Source: a virus
Taxonomy: Duplodnaviria > Caudoviricetes
DNA: 36,945 nt
IMG/VR virus record: IMGVR_UViG_3300029216_000023
Location: 1-36,945 of that record
Strand: one strand, 5' to 3'
Part shown: one piece after another, positions 34,595 through 36,945 of the stretch
How the letters are laid out: every line of letters starts with the position of its first letter
How positions within the stretch are numbered: position 1 is the first letter of the stretch
Notes under the pieces: generated by a model
Seen by the model: the letters and a program-made list of their open reading frames with translations, nothing else
The model's database searches: none
What the model was told of the DNA's origin: nothing
Translations under genes and position numbers: made by a program

Positions 34595-35047
34595 ATAAAA
34601 GGCATTGTAGGTCGTGCGAAGCGAGTTGCTGAGGTCAAGACCGACAAGGAACTGTCTGAAATTATAGGAATATCAAAGGGTGACTTCGGAAACCGCAAAA
34701 AAAGGGGAACGTTGCTGCCACTACTCGTCAAATGGGCCGCTAACGAAAACGTTGATCTTAATTTTCTAATAACTGGCAAGGTGATTGGTGGTTCAGCGCC
34801 TGATCCTGATCCGGAGATCATAGAACTAATAGAAAGTGTCAGGCGTGTAATAACCAGCGGTAACCTCAAGGCCATAAATACTCTGAAGCAGAATGTCAAT
34901 TACCTTGAACACTCCATCGAAGAAGAGAAAAAACAGCAGGAAGAAAACGAGGCAATAAGGAAGGAACTTACAGAGTTGAAAAAGCAAAAATGTGAGGACG
35001 GAAAACACTGCCCAGGGGAACAATCACAAAACGAAAAGGCAGCTTGA
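34565..35047 (+). CDS. CI-like immunity repressor (HTH, no peptidase domain)
   Basis: VKTDKELSEIIGISKGDFGNRKKRGTL...VDLNFLITG; divergent from early genes. Confidence 0.85.
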   Translation: MSNINNDTVSIKGIVGRAKRVAEVKTDKELSEIIGISKGDFGNRKKRGTLLPLLVKWAANENVDLNFLITGKVIGGSAPDPDPEIIELIESVRRVITSGNLKAINTLKQNVNYLEHSIEEEKKQQEENEAIRKELTELKKQKCEDGKHCPGEQSQNEKAA

Positions 35048-35102
35048 TTTTTGTCAAATTCACCTGATTACCTATTACCCTTTTACCATCAGGAACAAAT
35101 CA

Positions 35103-36497
35103 ATGCTCTTATCTGCAACTTTTATATTACTGGCATTACTTTCCATTGCCCTACTTGTCTATGCAATAAGACAGAGATCCGTTAATGAGCAACTGGAAGC
35201 AGAATTAAAATCGTCAGCAAAACAAAACAGCAAGCTTCGAACTATAAACAATGGGTACGAGGAGCAATACTCAGATATTATTGATATCAACAAGGAACTT
35301 GAAGTCCTTACTGGCAAAGAAACAGCTCTTGCACATAAATTTGAAAGTCTTAAAAACAATTACAAAACGAAAAAATCACTATTTGATAAACTTGTGAAAG
35401 AAACTGCAATATATGATGAAGAAATCGAATTAGCCGAATTAGGTTTTTACAAACAACATTACGACTTTGACACATCAGAAAAATACAAGTTGGAGCTTAG
35501 CCTGATAAAAGACGCTCAAAAACAATTACTAAAACAAAAAAGTGCCATTCACTGCACAACTCGATGGAGCGTGGGAGGAAGTAAAAAGAAGGGAGAAGCA
35601 ATGGCTAACAGGGCAGTACGCTTGACAGCAAGAGCTTTTAATAATGAGTGCGACGCGGCCATATCGAGAACAAGATGGAACAACATAGAGCGGATGGAGA
35701 ACCGTATCCAAAAAGCCTTTAAAGCTATCAACAAATTAAATACATCAAGTGCCGTCATTATATCAGATTATTATCTTCAATTAAAAGTCCAAGAACTTCG
35801 GTTAACTTACGAATACAAAGAAAAGAGACATCAGGAAAAAGTGGAACAGGCTGAAATCAAAAGGATGATGAGAGAGGAGTTAATGTTGGAGAAAGAGCAG
35901 GCAAAAGCTATTAAAGAAGAAGGAAAGTATCAAGGGCTATTGGACAAGGCAAAAACAGAAGCAGAAAAAGCTACAGGCTCAAAGCTTGAAGAATTACACA
36001 AGAGAATTGCCTTGCTGGATAAAGAACTAAAAGAGGCTCATGAAAAAAGCGAACGAGCAAAATCAATGGCACAGCTGACAAAAGCTGGCCATGTCTATAT
36101 CATTTCCAACCAAGGATCTTTTGGGGAAGATGTTTATAAGATTGGGATGACAAGGCGACTGGAGCCTCTCGACCGGGTTAAAGAACTTGGCGATGCCAGT
36201 GTCCCTTTTACTTTCGATACACATGCTATGATTTATTCCGAAAATGCTCCACAGCTTGAAAAAGCGCTCCACAAGGTGTTTAACAGCAAACGGATCAATT
36301 TGGTCAACATGAGAAAAGAGTTTTTCAGGGTAAATCTTGAGGAAATTGAGAGTGAAACAATAAATGTTTCACCTAATGCTGAATTCTATATGACAGCAGA
36401 GGCAAGAGAGTTCAAAGAATCACAAGCCATCCTGGCTCAGCAAGCTCACTTCGCGACTCAAGGTGAGAGCAAAAACGCTTTTCCCGAGTCCATTTAA
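35103..36497 (+). CDS. DUF4041 / T5orf172 (GIY-YIG-like) protein with N-terminal TM
   Basis: RAFNNECDAAI, LKVQELRLTYEY, GHVYIISNQGSFGEDVYKIGMTRRLEPLDRVKELGDASVPF; visibly AT-rich. Confidence 0.88.
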   Translation: MLLSATFILLALLSIALLVYAIRQRSVNEQLEAELKSSAKQNSKLRTINNGYEEQYSDIIDINKELEVLTGKETALAHKFESLKNNYKTKKSLFDKLVKETAIYDEEIELAELGFYKQHYDFDTSEKYKLELSLIKDAQKQLLKQKSAIHCTTRWSVGGSKKKGEAMANRAVRLTARAFNNECDAAISRTRWNNIERMENRIQKAFKAINKLNTSSAVIISDYYLQLKVQELRLTYEYKEKRHQEKVEQAEIKRMMREELMLEKEQAKAIKEEGKYQGLLDKAKTEAEKATGSKLEELHKRIALLDKELKEAHEKSERAKSMAQLTKAGHVYIISNQGSFGEDVYKIGMTRRLEPLDRVKELGDASVPFTFDTHAMIYSENAPQLEKALHKVFNSKRINLVNMRKEFFRVNLEEIESETINVSPNAEFYMTAEAREFKESQAILAQQAHFATQGESKNAFPESI

Positions 36498-36752
36498 CCC
36501 TATTTTTCATGCACACCATTTCAATTCGTCAATTACGACCAAAACCTGCATAATTAAACTTTAATATCACACAATTAAGCCAGATGATGTGCACAAAAAA
36601 AAGACGCACACCATCGTGCACACCTTTAACCAAATAGCGATTCCGAAATAAACCACACCTGGTGAGATAATATCACAGACAAAAATCGCTAAAACTTAAT
36701 ACCTATAATAAATAGAGGAAATAGAGGAGGGAGGAGACACAGGAGGGATTCA

Positions 36753-36945
36753 GTACCAAACCTTGCGTAACTTTTTCAAAAATAGCTCAAAATTTAAATT
36801 TCGGGTTCAAACTTGTTTCTTTTAAAGAAGTATTAAAAATACTTTCAATTTTCGTAACTATTTCATAAGCTTTTTTACTTATTCTTAAATTATTTAACTC
36901 AGACCCTCTTTATATATAGGGGTTCATACATCACATAGCCCTACA
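36753..36945 (-). repeat. Phage end (equivalent to Mu attL) with dispersed putative transposase-binding sites
   Basis: On the - strand: TGTGATGTATGAACC (36935-36921), AACAAGTTTGAACCC (36817-36803), CGCAAGGTTTGGTAC (36767-36753), resembling left-end CGYGAGGTTTGAAAC. Confidence 0.65.

Larger units (their letters stand above)
1..36945 (-). mobile_element. Complete Mu-like transposable phage/prophage with non-contractile tail
   Basis: TGTAG at 1-5 and CTACA at 36941-36945 (TG...CA termini); DDE transposase plus AAA ATPase pair; Mor, GemA and Mu-type head genes in Mu synteny. Confidence 0.95.

Noticed and set aside
34992-35102. Upstream GTG start for the DUF4041 gene
   Set aside because: It overlaps the repressor; the ATG at 35103 has an RBS and directly precedes the TM segment
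1-36945. Host assignment (repeat style suggested Desulfobacterota)
   Set aside because: Impression only; there is no host DNA in the window and no search was possible

Overview
The window is essentially one complete Mu-like transposable (pro)phage, 36,945 bp, running from terminus to terminus (5'-TGTAG...CTACA-3') with no host flanks. It is shown in reverse relative to the Mu map. From the right end it carries a DUF4041/T5orf172 accessory gene and a CI-like repressor on the + strand. On the - strand follow the early operon (Ner-like, DDE transposase A, AAA ATPase B, DUF3164, GemA, Mor-like activator), a variable antirepressor/accessory region, and a Mor-type late promoter. Then come lysis genes, Mu-type packaging and head genes, and a non-contractile tail module (tube, G/GT chaperones with a -1 frameshift, tape measure, distal tail, tail tip, fibres; no sheath). 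A D12-class adenine methyltransferase sits in the position of Mu mom. The protein set is largely ordinary; the unusual content is in nucleic-acid structure. (i) A family of heptamer-built hairpin elements brackets the high-copy virion genes. (ii) In-frame palindromes lie inside four putative DNA-binding genes, and one is copied upstream of its own promoter. (iii) Three 31-bp direct repeats delimit cassettes, one sitting exactly at a BRO-N/Rha truncation junction. (iv) A type II hammerhead ribozyme lies in the early operon. (v) A P1-C4/P4-CI-like antisense RNA precedes the ORF6N antirepressor. (vi) A structured leader with clustered CGTAC sites lies upstream of the methyltransferase. All family assignments come from motif recognition and synteny by eye; no database searches were run.
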